Below, piece by piece: positions 14,176-27,800 of a DNA stretch of 64,000 nt. The notes under the pieces are model-generated. The model made no database searches and was not told the DNA's origin. It was given only the letters and a program-made list of their open reading frames with translations. A program made the translations under genes and the position numbers. Within the stretch, counting starts at the first letter, position 1. The number at the start of each line of letters is the position of its first letter. Source of the DNA: Azolla caroliniana (taxonomy: Eukaryota; Plantae; Polypodiophyta); the NCBI GenBank assembly GCA_043228905.1, contig JBHGNT010000006.1:22754001-22818000 (forward strand). Reading direction: 5' to 3'.

Positions 14176-15048
14176 TCTATTATGGTCATTGGAGGTCAAA
14201 TATGACCAATGAGACCAAAAATATTAAATTTCACGTAATACATGTGAAAGTGAGTAACGATTCTCGATGTTCAAGAACTTTACCGATGAATGTTGCAATC
14301 GAGAGTGCACATTGTGGTTATGAGAGAGAAATTCGTGCAAGGATTGGGATTGGTTGAAGATGTGTGGAAAGCAATGGTATTGAGAGAGATCGTATAGAAG
14401 AAGATTGGCAAGGAGAGGGATGAAGTAACGGAACGTTGATAAAGAGAGCGGGATGCTAATGTTGGTAATGCGAGAGACATTGCTAATAACATTGGTCACG
14501 AGAAGTAACGATGGTAACCAGAGAGATCGATCTGAGCATGGCTAAAAAAGATGTCGAGAATGGCTAAAAAAGATGTCGAGAAGAGATCGATTAGAGACAG
14601 TGATCGATTGGAATGGGAGGGTTTAAATGGATGGGGGTTGGATAAATTTAGAGGAAGTGGGTGGGAGACACTTTAGTTATCCCCCCCCCCCCCCCCATAA
14701 TTATCAATAATATAAAGTTTGGACCAATTGTGGAGTAATTTTGTCTTCCCAAACATATCCAATAATCAATCATTAACAAGAGAATAAAATAAGAAAACCA
14801 TCATTAAAATTTCTTAGGTAGAGAAGAATTAAAAGACCAAACTAAGGAAGGAGCTTTACATGTTGGGTGAATTTGCACAAAAGGGGGGAAAGGAAAAAAG
14901 AAAAATAAAACCCGGTTTGGTTATTGTGGATGGAGAACAATTTAGTAGCTAATCCACCGCTAATTACTTGCTAATCTCCCACCATGCGCATGATTAACTA
15001 AAGCATGACCTCCATTGATTATGGAAGTGCTTCATTAGCTGCTCCCAT

Positions 15049-16675
15049 TCATGTAAGCATAATTAGAGAAGCTGCCACCAGCAACACCATTAGACCTGAA
15101 ATTTTAATGTGGAAAGAAATCAGTCACATAGCTTGATTCAATATCGCTTTCCGAATTAGGACCAATTAGTTGGAACAAAATGTTTTTAATTAATCAATTA
15201 ACATCTATTTGTGAATCATGTCAAATATGTATGTGTACATAATGTATAGCTTTTACCTGCATTCCATAAGAGGCCCATTGGTGTAGCCATGATGTTCTTA
15301 TTGGCACTAGAGCTACCTGGATTATGAATAATTGATTGATCAATAAAAGAAAGATAAGTTTTAATTAGAAAACCCTTTTCTATGGACCTAATCTAAAAAA
15401 TGAATTAAAATTCTTTCATCCATCCATCCATTAATAACCTTGTAAATGATGAATTAACATTCTTAGATCCATCTAGCCATTAATAACCTTAGAAATGATT
15501 AAATTAACATTCTTAAATACATCCATCCATTAATAACCTTCTAAATGATGAATTAACATTCTTAAATCCATCTAGCCATTAATAACCTTCTAAATGATTG
15601 AATTAACATTCTTAAATAAATCCATCCATTAATAACCTTCTAAATGATGAATTAACATTCTTAAATCCATCCATCCATTTCCCCATATGATCCATCATGC
15701 ATACATACAAACCAACCATCCATCCATTGCATACATACATAAATTTAGCCCTACTACTTAATCATGGCTGAAATGTTCAGTTAGATCTATGCAAAGAATT
15801 GATACATGCAAGCAGTTTAAAAGATTTACATGGTCTATTAAGGGGCCAAGAATCTACCCAAATTTGTTATACTGCCATTCATTAATGCTTAGAAACTGAG
15901 AGCTTCATTTTTTAGTACCTAGGGCTTCTTCGCAGACATAGCAAGTCGGATGGTCCCCGCCAGAGCTACCGGATTGCGAAGATCCGGGATTGTATTGCAA
16001 TGCGATTCCGTAGAGCCAACTATTGATCGGGTCATGGATGCTGCTAATGCGGTACACACTTGTGTAGGTCTGGCACTGAAGGAGCGATAGATCGATCTCA
16101 TAAGGAGCCGCATTAAGCGAGGATTGCGAGTAAACGCAGCACGAAGTCGAGGGATTATTGACATTGATCCCTTCCAAGTAGCTCAGTCCAGGGCAAGCAT
16201 TGTAGAGGCTCCTACAGATATCCTGCGACGAAGCCGATGGATCGCAGCTCTGTTTCGCATAGAGCGAAGAAACCGAAGAGCACCCGATTAGGGCTACGGT
16301 GTCGAAAGGAGCGAACGAGAAGGGAGCCCCGACTGGTAGGCCAAATGAGGAGCTACTCCCCATGGAATTGCAAGTGGACATATGTGGGTCGCTCACAATC
16401 ATCACATTGTGGATGTAATCGATGGTTTGTATCGGGTACCTCCCCGTCGGCGTGTGGAAGTAAAGCCTATTATGTGTGCAATTCACATACGGCTCGAACG
16501 CCGGGCTCCCGCAGCTGGGCCCCGATCCGAACGGAGAGCTTAGCGGGATCCCCCCACATGAATTCTCACATTGCCAAGCTTGGGTCGAGGAGAAGCTTAC
16601 GAAGATAGTGGCAAAGAGTAGAAGCAACTTTCGAATGGACACATTGGATCGATGGGTTCGTGTCTGGGGGATCAT
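15049..16675 (-). CDS. secreted Cys-rich wall-associated-kinase-type galacturonan-binding (GUB_WAK_bind-like) protein, no kinase, hydrophobic C-terminal tail; 3 exons (16675-15919, 15316-15257, 15095-15049), 287 aa
   Basis: Signal-peptide-like LLLLFATIFVSFSSTQA, then CENSCGGIPLSSPFGSGPSCGSPAF...LYFHTPTGRYPIQTIDY...SDPHMSTC. Two GT-AG introns, both phase 1, join in frame to GSSSANKNIMATPMGLLWNAG-LMVLLVAASLIMLT*. No internal stops. Confidence 0.85.
15398..15680. repeat. ~49-50-bp minisatellite in intron 1 of the WAK-like gene
   Basis: About 5-6 copies of GAATTAACATTCTTAAATCCATCCATCCATTAATAACCTTCTAAATGAT. Confidence 0.85.
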
Positions 16676-16868
16676 TGTGTGTGAGATATGGAGATGAAAG
16701 TAGGGATTCGAGGTGCACACTCAAAGACTTAGGGAATGAATCGATTTGAGTGAGATTTGTGTTAGGGGGGTGGATTGATGAAATATGTTTGAAGGAAGGG
16801 CTGATGATGAGGCATCCACAAGTTGGAAGTTAGGAAAGAGGAAAGTTGAAGTACTTGTTGGTTGACAC

Positions 16869-16874
16869 TTTATA
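16869..16874 (-). promoter_or_regulatory. candidate TATA box of the WAK-like gene
   Basis: TATAAA on the minus strand about 195 nt upstream of the ATG, next to a CT-rich tract. Confidence 0.45.
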
Positions 16875-19717
16875 GAGAGAAAGAGAGTGAGTGAAGGAGA
16901 GAGAATGAGTGAGTGAGAGAGAGAAGAATTAAAGAGTTTCAAGATGCACTCACTCACTCACTCTACTAACTTTATCCTCTTCTTTTTCTCTCCTACCACT
17001 TTTCCCTCTAAATTTCACACTAAAGGACAACTTAAGTTTTACTATTAGGAGGGTCAGCTTCGGGTCGTAGGGTGCCCACATCCTAGTCTTTAAATAATCC
17101 ATTTCAATTAACATCGGGGAATCATTGTTCGTGATGGTGATTCTACCGAGAGAGAAACATGCAATGGGTGGAGGTGGTTGGATCCATGACACTAGCCACT
17201 AGAATATATGTTGATGATGTCTAATTTGTTCATTCGGTGGATGGAAGCTTGAATATAGCAAGAGGAGTCAAAAGTAAAAATTTAGTAGAGATCTCTAGGT
17301 GTGGAATCATAACCTTGAATTTATTGAAGAAAACATTATGGTAATTCGACCATTACTACATCATCAAAGTCAATAGGCATGAAATTTAAACAAAAACCAA
17401 ATACTATAAAAACTACAAAAACTCAATGGGGTTAGTTTTGAAGAAAATATTTGAGCATGTCAAGTGCAGGGGTTTGCGTCCTTATAACGTATATTGGTTC
17501 TCCATTTCTTTAGGGAAGGAGGTTATCAAAAAGTAATTTTTTATGGTAAACTGTGAATCTATTTACCATAAACAATATCTTAATTGCATTCCAAAAGAGA
17601 ACTTCCCTTCTCCCTAGGAATCAATGCACAATGATGGATGAAAGCCATCAAATAATCAACGTAATGGCCTTAGGGAGAAGTTCATCGAATTTGAAAGATT
17701 AGTAGAGATCCCTAGGTGTGTATATTTTTATCCATACCTTGTACTTATTGCATATCTTAATTAACTCTACTTACTTCTAGGTAATGGAGTTTTATCAAAA
17801 GTAAAACCTTACGATGGATAGAACATAAAGAGATTGAAGTTGGTTATAGAACAAGAGAAATAATAGTGTCGGTGTAGGGATCATAGTTCTAACAATGTAA
17901 CTTCCCGAATTTGTCTTGTTTGGGGAATAGAATAGCAAAAGTAATACTTTTGTAAGGATTCTTAGCTCTGTATATTCTTTCACAATAGTATGTCCTCACT
18001 AATCTGACTTATTTTAGGACGAAAAGCTACTTCAAAGTAAATTGTTTGCATGGGAAAGAATGTAGAGAGTTTCAAGAAAATAGGACTATAGGAGAACTAT
18101 GCATATATACGTAATGTCATGTTGGTTGGCTTTTTCATAAAGGTGTGAGCTGGGGATTCTTGTTCAATGGATCCCCTTAGAGCTTGACAATAATTTTTCC
18201 AACACATAAAAAAGTGTGTCACATGATGGAACCATGTTAACTAACTTACCCATGCTATTGATAACGTATCACTTTCAAATAATATTTCTTTTGAGTTGAA
18301 CCAATGTGTTCTTTATAGCATCAAAGTTCTACATAATATATGATATCATGCTTGTCATGAAATCATGGTTTGAGGATGTTATTAGGTATCTGTTAGCCAA
18401 GGCAACAAGTTAGGATGCAAGAAGGAAAGAACCATTCTGGGACAATGCTTGCAGTTCTACCACACCGTAACAAAGAATAGCTGAATGATTTCATCATGAA
18501 GCAAGTACGATGAATCTCATAGTCCAAAATAAAATCCTCATATCTTGTATACATTTGTATTTAATACATTAGTTTGATGTCTCTAAAAAAAGAGAGATAA
18601 TAATTAACATCTTGAGCAATTGGAAACATTAGATATAAGATCCACATAAGTAGTGCAACAACAAAGTTCCAATTGAGGATAAAGAGGGTACATACCCACA
18701 TCTAGTTCACTTCTCTAATCTTGTAGAGACTTTGTATACATCCCCTAGACTACATGTCGTGAGGTGATCCGTGCCATAGAGAAAGGTCTCTAACATGAAT
18801 TTTAGAATAGGCTACAGTTTTGGTGAAAGGATTAACGAGAAAATTATTTAAAATGGTAAAGAACTATAGCTTGATTGGTAAGAGCAAACTATGAGAATGA
18901 TAAGGTATATGGTTTGAGTCTCATTAGACCTAACAAAAAAGAAAAACATGATCTATAAATCACAAAATAAAAATAAAAAACACTAAATTTCCTATTCTGA
19001 ACCATCCATCCATGCATACATACATTAGAACTTGCATATCCACACAACTTCATGCACTTAGACTCCAAAACACTTATGTGCATGCTTCTATGAAGTTGCA
19101 AATTTGTTTTGCATATTTAACGTATTCTACATATTTAACAAGTATTTAACACTTTCAAAAATTGTAGAAGTTTTACAAACTTTTAGTTATAAGCAATATT
19201 TAATATATTCTACACATATTTAATGTATAGATGTTCTATGTATATCAAAGTAGTTAAAAAACGTGTATTCTACGTTTTAGAATACTCTGAAGTATTCTAC
19301 ACATTCTATATTTTAATTCTAACATTTTTCACTTTTTGATGTATTCTATGTATTTTATGAATTTGACGTATTCTACATATTTAACATTTCAAAACAGTTT
19401 AACATAAATTTAAATTAGTTTTTTCTTGAAAAAAACTTATAGTTTTAAGAAGTATTTAACATATTTTATTTGTAAAATACGTTGTCGTGGAGGATTCCGG
19501 CCACTAGGAGAAAAGTCCATTGGTTGCGTGTGAACACGGGAAGTATGCACATGAACTTGGCCTAATGAACAAACAAATGTAAATATCAAGTATATTAATA
19601 AATACAAGGTAGGAAGTATTTAATAGGTACTTTATGATCCCACAAAATGAGGGGAATAATAATGTGTGATAGGAAGAAATCGTGGAGGGGATCATTGGCA
19701 AAAACGGTTGTAATAAC

Positions 19718-20466
19718 TAGCAATGGGCTTGGTTCGATTCAGTTTCTCGGCCTTGAAACGAAACAAACCATTTATTCACAATAAAAACCAAACCAAATAG
19801 TTAAAAATTTATGAAGCAATTTAAGCTGAATTGTTTAAACCAAACCATTAAAAAATTAGTAGAAACCAAACCGTTTACGAAAAAATTAAAACCAAACCAT
19901 TTTTTATTAATATTGATCATTATACTTATTATAACTTTTTGTGAGAAAATCATAGATTTGTTTGTCATACTTACCATAAATTTTGCTATCATATTTATTA
20001 TAAATTTGATCATTATACCTATAATAAATTTTGCTATCATACTTATCATAAATTTGATCATTATACCTATCATAAATTTGGTCATCATACTTATCATAAA
20101 TTTGATCATTATACTTATTATATTTCATTAGCATAAATGAAAAAGGAGACTATACATATAATGTATATAAAATTTAATAAGTTAAAACTAGGGTTTGAAA
20201 TTAAAAGTTAAAAGTTAGAGCTTATACGGAAAATTTAAGAGGAGTATTTTTTAACCTATCAACCAAACCATATAACCCAAAATTTGTAAGCTGATAAACC
20301 GTTAAACCACTATACCATAAAATTCAAAATCGAACCAAATTGAAATCAAACCGATTAGTAACATTTAAAACCAAACTAAACTGTTTATTTATTTTCGAAC
20401 CTATAAATTGTTAAGCCATAGTTTAACGGTTCGGTTCAGTTTAACTCAAAACTGGGCCCATTGCTA
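19718..20466. mobile_element. hAT-family MITE
   Basis: 11-bp TIR TAGCAATGGGC...GCCCATTGCTA and a perfect 8-bp TSD GTAATAAC (19710-19717, 20467-20474). Subterminal AAACC(G/A) motifs and an internal 24-bp tandem repeat (~19915-20125). Confidence 0.92.
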
Positions 20467-23400
20467 GTAATAACAACTTGATGTAACAGGAACCCTCCCT
20501 CTCCTTGGAACGATAAAAGGGAGGGGTCGTTTTAGAGGGAAAGGTTGCTGGATTGTGATCTCAAGTGTCACGACACAGTGACATCAAATACATTGTTGGT
20601 GATGATTGAATCTGCAATCTCACATCAACATGTCATGCTCAACCATTTTGATATTCAAGCATGTATAGAGTTTAACATATAGTACATTTCAAAATCAGAA
20701 TATTCTAGTTGTTAGTATACTCTTAAAATATTGTACGGTATATTTTAGACGGGTATATTCTAGAGATATTTCTCGAGTATATTCTAGAGATATTCAATCT
20801 CGGAACTTGTATAAATACTTGTAAGTTCCTTGGTCCCTTTTAGGGGATTCATCGCCAGTCAATGACACATCAATCTAGTATGCTCGTTTCATTCCATCTT
20901 GCTTCCTTCTTTATCTTTGACTTCATGCTCTAGTATCATTCCTAGTTTCTTACATTCCACACTTGTAGCCCCATCATCCGTGCTTCGTCCGAGTCCACGA
21001 TTGGTGTGTTCGTGATAGTTTGAATCCCATCCAACTGGATGCATCACTCGTCTTTGTCATCACCCTTGCTTCTAGAGTTACCGTCGTCACCGTCCTTACC
21101 CCCAGAGTTATCGTCATCAACATCCTTAATTTTAGAGATGGCATTGTCACTATAGTCACAATTATTCTTTCTAAAGACGCTTCCTCATCATCATCGTCTT
21201 CATTGCCTCGTTTTAGACATCATCATTTTTCAACACCTCTTGTTATATTCATCAACGCTACTTCACCAAACCTTCATAGTCATCAACACTACTTTGCATT
21301 GTCTTTCAATATCATCATTGTTTTACCCTCTTCATTGTCATTGTCATCATCTATAGGTATCCTTTTGCATCAGGATTTTGGCGAGGATTGATTTCGATCG
21401 CTCACCTTCACAATTTTGGTGGGGATTACAACCACTCACTTTCTTCGTGGGGATAAAATAATTGCTCATTTTCACTCCATTTTCATTTCGGTTCAAGTTT
21501 CACTCCACTTTCCTTTGGCAATGATTGATTTTGATCACTCACCTTCCTAGTTCTGATGGGGGTTACAACCGCCCACTTTCTTGGTGGGGATCTGTTGAGC
21601 AGCAAGCTCAACTAGAGCCGGATCGGCTGAATAAGCCTGAGCCAGTGAGCGAGACGGATCGGTGAGCCAGTGAGTCGGTGAGTCGATGAGCACCCAGTGA
21701 GCAAAAGAGCCGGTGAGCTGGGGAGCCGATTAGCCGAATCCAGCAGTAACCGGAAGCCTAGTAATAGCTTAGATTACTAGGTAGTTATTTTCTCATAGTT
21801 AGTGTCAAACGCTCGTGTGAGCATTGAAGTACGCTGTACTTTTATCAGTCCCATGAGGAATTGTATAAATAGTGCTGTTGAGCACGTTGTATGTATAGAG
21901 TGTTGATATAATTTTTGAATTTAGATTCTTGTTTTGCTCTCTCTGTCTCTCCTGAGTACTCTCTGTATTCTGTGTATTATTCTCTCTCTCTCTCTGCTGC
22001 TACCCAGCCAAGCTATTGTCTTACGCTTCTGCACATACGTTTTCACATGGTATCAGAGCGCGAGGGTCGAAGACCTCTACAACTGACATTTGCTTTTGCA
22101 AGACAAACCCTACAAGTTGTGAGAACATAACAATGGACAGAGAAAAAATATGGACAGAGGTATGGCGAGTTCACTTCCTACAGAGAAGCTCAACCGGAGC
22201 AACTACGCGTCCTGTTCATACAAAATGCACCAGTACCTACTAGGGCATGGGTATTGGAGTTTCGTGGAAGGAACGAATGAGGTAGCACTAGCGCCTGCGC
22301 ACAAGGAATTCCCGGTATTGGAGCAAGGAGCGAGCCGAGTATTATACTGCCTCGCGTTCTGTGTGCACGACCAGATGCTCGGCTACATCAAGGATGCAAA
22401 GATGCCAAAGGAGGCTTAGGAAAATCTATGTAAGATTTTCGCCGCAAGTACCACAGCTTGTAAGTTGCAGCTCCGGCAAGAGCTGAACAACATCCGACAA
22501 AGAGATATGTCGGTTTCAGACTACACCACCAAAATAAAGGAGATTTGCGACGTGCTCGGGTCCATCAACGTGACGGTGGACGAAGACGAAATGGTACAAA
22601 TCTGCCTTGGTGGTCTAGCGCAAAGGTACAGGCCAATCCGGATAGCGATCTGCACTCGGGAGAAACCACCGACCTTCTTCGACTTGCAATCGATGCTGAT
22701 GGTCGAAGAAAATCACGCGAGTGGGTCCAGAACCACTCAATCAGACAACCGGATGCTGTACATGGAGGTGGATAGGCCCCGTGGGCGTGGGGGATGAGGA
22801 AGCCGACAAGAGTAGGCAAGAAGGCACAGAGAATGTGCCGACAACAGTTCCGGGACTTCCACAAGCAGGGGGAGTCAAGGCGGCGCCGGAGGCTGGTAAG
22901 ACAAACCCGCCACAGAATGTTGGTACTGTGGCAAAAAGGGCCACAGAGAAAGCGAGTGTTGGAAGAAGCGCGCCGATTCGAATAGATCTGGATCCGACAA
23001 AACCGGTCGGGAGAACCGGCAAAGCTCACACTACGCACAAGGATCGGAAGGATCCGGAACTGGGAAGACCAGTAAGGGGCCAGGTCAGCCTTGGTGATGA
23101 AGCACGAGGCAAATTCGATGAAGAAGACCACTTCCAAATCGGAGGAAGTATGGTATGGTTATTCCGGTGCGTCGAACCACATGACGAGCCATGAAGAGTG
23201 GTTCTCTTATCTGGAGAAATCGGATCAACCGGGAGTTGTCGAAACCGGAGACGACACTCCTCACCCAATCGTGCATGTCGGAGAAGTCCCTTTGAGCCAC
23301 GTCGGACAGAGGGGGAAGCTGATGAATGTATTACACGTTCCGACCATCATGAAGAACTTGGTGTCGGTTGGACAGATAGTGGACCGGGGGATGTAGGTGC

Positions 23401-24859
23401 GGTTTACGCACCTCGGGTGCTTCATCGAGGAAGAGGGCCAGATTATTGCGCAAGGGCACAAAGACGGGAGGATGTTCATCCTCGACACCAATGACTTCGG
23501 CACCGCTTTATTTGCCAAAGGACAGAAGATTGAATCGGACATTGATCTCTGGCACAAGCGGATCAACCACGTCAATTATCGGAGGCTTCAAGACCTGCAA
23601 ACGAAACAAGTTGTTTTCGGTTTGCCACGTTCAGTGGCTGGAAGGCCCAAGTAATTGAAGCCTGCCAACTCGGGAAGCAACATCGGCTTCCATTCCCCAC
23701 CGAACGAAACTGTAGCCGTAACAAGCTCGACCTTATTCATTCAGATGTATGGGGACCGGCACAGAACGTGAGCCTTGGCGGGAGTCGATATTTCGTCTCC
23801 TTCATCGACGACTACATCCGGCATACATGGATCTACCTCATTGAGCGGAAGAGCGAAGTCTTCGAGTGTTTCCGAAACCTGCAAAGACTGGTTGAACGGG
23901 AAACGGAGAGGAAGATCAAGTGCCTATGGTCGGATGGCGGAAAAGAATATTTTTCCGGCCAATTCAACAGTTATATGCAGCAAAAAGGAATTCGAAGAGA
24001 GTTCAACTGCAGATACACACCGGAGCAAAACAGTGTGGACGAGAGGAAGAACCGGTCGATTGTCGATGCGGCAAGGGCAATGCTGGTGTTGTCCAGAGGA
24101 CAGAAATGTAAAATTAGGAAATTCGGAAACGCCGAGTCCGAGTATCACGGGCCACCGACGGCTCGGCTGTGTATTAGGGGAAAAGTTATTTAAACGAGGA
24201 CCAGTACCTCAGAGGGGAGAGAGAGAAGAAAAATATAGGCGGAAGCACTAGCTGAGGCCCTCGTAACTACATAATCTTGTAAGGTCACCGGCCGTAGGCC
24301 ATGTTCTGTAATCTTTTCTGTCGCAGTAATATATCTGAATTATGCCCAGTTTGCTCCATGTGTCTGTGCTTTGATTCATACCTATGATTTGAGTGCCACC
24401 CACGCCTGCCAAGATCTCGTTAGTGTTTTCCCTCTGAGCATTGTCTCTCTCTCGACGCCTCTGTTACGAGCCTTCACATACCACGCCCTTGAATACCGAT
24501 AGCCGCAGATCTATCGAAGGTGTTCACCCAAATAAACGGGTAACACAATTTGGCACGCCCGGTTACAGCTGTGAGTGCACAGCGAACTTCGTTGAAGGTA
24601 ACCACCAGCCGCCGTTACGGCGCCCTCTCGCACCACGAGGTCTCGGCCAACCGCCCGACGCCCTGAGCAAGTCGAAGGAACTTCCGACTCGGCGGTCACT
24701 GACCAATGCTTTCCTGAGCAATCGGAGGCTTCCCCAGTACAATCCTCGCCACCGGACACTCGATCGTGAGTTGATTCACCACCAAAACCCCCGTCGAGCC
24801 CTTCGGAGGTCAATCAACCGGAACTAAACCCTTTTCCGGTGCTACCAGAAGACCCAGAG

Positions 24860-27800
24860 TACGACATCATGCCATACCCATACCCACGATACATCGATGG
24901 ACCAGACGCGGAGTCACACATCCGTGCCTTCATATCCATGTGGTAGGCCAACCACTCAATGCACCGTCTCACGCCAGCCGAAATCGATGCCTCAAAGATT
25001 GCCGAGTTCACACTCTCCCTCGATGGACCGGTCGCACGATGGTACTCTCGCCTCGAAATAGGAGAGGCCACCACATTCCAAATCATGCGCACAAAGTTCC
25101 TTGAACTTTTTCATCGCGAGGTGCCTAAACGGGAACTGCTCCGGAAATTCTTCTCTATATGCCAGGAACCGTACGAAACGGTCGCGCAGTTTACGATCCG
25201 GTTCCAGGATCTCTACAGACAAGTGGCCAATGATGTCTTGGCACAAAATATACCGGACACTTTCCTATCCAGTTTATGAGAGCCTCTCCGAACGACTCTC
25301 GCACTTACAAATTTCGCCAACCATACTATCGAACAAGTCATAGCGCGGGTTCTCGCCCTCGATTGGACCTAGCACGACGCGGCCTTCTCGATGACATCCT
25401 TGCAAAACGCTCTTCCCCAAGAGGACAATCGCTTTCGCCAAGCCCTCCAATGCACGGCATGTTCAGGATCAGGACACCTGGCCCTCGAATGTCCCCACCG
25501 ACCACAGTGTCCGATCTGTCAGTCTCGAGCTCACACTGTCGAGCAGTGCGAATATAATATGTTGAACCGCACAACGGCGGCACCGGTCCGCCAGATCGAG
25601 CCACGAAATACATACTCTCGGCAGGACGAGCGATATGTCTACCGAGACCAGGATAACGACCGACCGCGATCCCCGGATCGACGGCGCCGAGACGACGACT
25701 ACCGACGTGATCATTATCGCGATGACCGGCACGACGATTATGCTTGATATGATGACGATCGCGATGACCAGTATGACTGACAGAACTCACGCATTGATCG
25801 GCGAAATGGCAACCACAACACATGCAACAATAGAAGACCTAACGACAACCGTCGACGGGACGCTCCTCAAAATGACCAGCGCAACTCCAATGCACCTCGG
25901 AACAACCCACCACCAAACGAGACGGAGAATCAACAACAACAACTGCCACACACAGACCGAGCGGACACCAGCAACTCGACCAACGTTACATGTTTTAAAT
26001 GTAACCAACCAGGCCACTACGCCACGCAATGTCCAACAACCAACCATGGCAAGGCACCCGCGGTGAACAGTATCATGGCCGATGTTCAAACGGTCACTAC
26101 CCGGAGTAAAGCGGAAACTACTCAGTGGCAAATCTAGGATGAAGTACGTCAGGCAGCAAAAGAATGGATCGACACGGCCAATAAAAATAATGCCATACGC
26201 ATGCAAACTGACATGAGAGACGAGCCCAGTGAAGTACCACAAACCTCGGCACCATCCACGTCATCGGAGGATGACCAGCTATGGGATGTTCTTACCAACT
26301 CCCGCATCTCGCTGCCCCTACATAAACTGTTACCACTCATGCCGAGATTTCGGGACACCCTGGCGGCACTCCAGGCCAATACTAAGCCCGTGACGCCACC
26401 GGTACACCTCACCGAAGCAGGAACCGGTCCACCACTCATGGATTCTCAGAACCCAGCCGTGCGAATCATCATTAAGGGACAAGACCTGCACGGATGCATC
26501 ATCGACGGCGGATCCGGCGTAAACATTATTAGCGAGTCAACGTGTCTCAACCTCGGCCTGAATCAATGGGAACCATGCCCCTTTTGGCTTCGGATGGCCG
26601 ACACCCGCTCCGTTCGCCCCATTGGTTTAATCCGCCATCTCGACTTCACACTCGGAGGCCACATGTTCACGATCTCGGCCGTCGTGCTAAGACTGGAGAC
26701 ACAAGGCACCTACCCAATGTTACTAGGTCGACCATGGTTGCGTACAACGAATATCAAGCAACATTGGCAACGCAACATGATCTCGTTCCGAAGAGGCAAG
26801 ACAAAAATCCGAATCATCACTGAAGAATGAGTCCCCGTCGCCCTCAACACTTCGCCGTTATACGCGGAAGGGGTCCATATGCTTGACGGTTTGGCCGATG
26901 AGGAGGTTGATGACTTCCTAGATGATCATCCCACGATCATCCCTCTCTTCGAAATCAATGCCTTACCAATCATCGAGCCATCTAAAGACGAGGAAGTCAC
27001 GGAGGAGTCACCACCCCAAGATGAACCAGATCCAACCACAGTTGCCGAGCTACGTCATGCTCGGGAGGCTTTCGAACGCGAACTCGCCATTTCACAATGA
27101 GTGAAAGCATCAACCCTGGAAACAATAAACCTCGGTTCGGACGAGAATCCCCGTACGTTACAAATTGCCAATAATCTACCAACCGGAGAACGGGCATGCC
27201 TCGTAAAATTGCTCACCGACTACCAGGATGTTTTTGCTTGGTCTTACACCGATATGAAGGGGCTGGATCCTCAATACTACCAACATCAAATTCACATCTT
27301 ACCCGACACTCGGCCGGTTCAGCAGAGGCGCTACAGGATGAACCCCAACTACGCCGCTAAAGTCAAAGAGGAAATCGACAAACTACTCCGAGTGGGCTTC
27401 ATTCGCCCTGTTAAACGGGCCACGTGGTTGAGCCCGATCGTAGTGGTCCCAAAGAAGAACGGAAAAATCCACGTCTGCGTCGACTATCGGAAGCTTAACG
27501 CAGCAACAGTCACCGACGGTTTCCCTCTCCCATTCACGGATAGCGTCCTCGACACGGTAGCCGGCCACGAATGCTACAGTTTCCTCGACGGGTTCAACGG
27601 CTATAACCAGATAAGAATGCACCCGGAGGATCAGGAGAAAACCGCTTTCGTCACAGAATGGGGTGTTTTTGTAGCAGAAGTAATGATGTTCGGTCTAAAA
27701 ACGGCGCTGGCTACGTTCCAGCGCATCCTCACCGAAATCTTTCATGACTACATCCCGGCATTCATGCAAGTCTTTCTCAACGATTTCACTGTGTATGGCC

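Noticed and set aside
11800-14900. Short ORFs in the AT-rich interval right of the LINE relic
   Set aside because: No recognisable motifs, splice-consistent structure or element termini.
19085-19507. AT-rich TATTCTAC/ATTTAAC-rich tract ending in ...CCGGCCACTAG as a Helitron end
   Set aside because: The hairpin is weak and misplaced, and no 5' TC end or TIR/TSD could be defined. Probably a decayed non-autonomous element.
19801-20134. ORFs with periodic peptides (YNDQIYDK..., MIKFMIS...)
   Set aside because: Translations of the 24-bp minisatellite inside the MITE; open in several frames on both strands.
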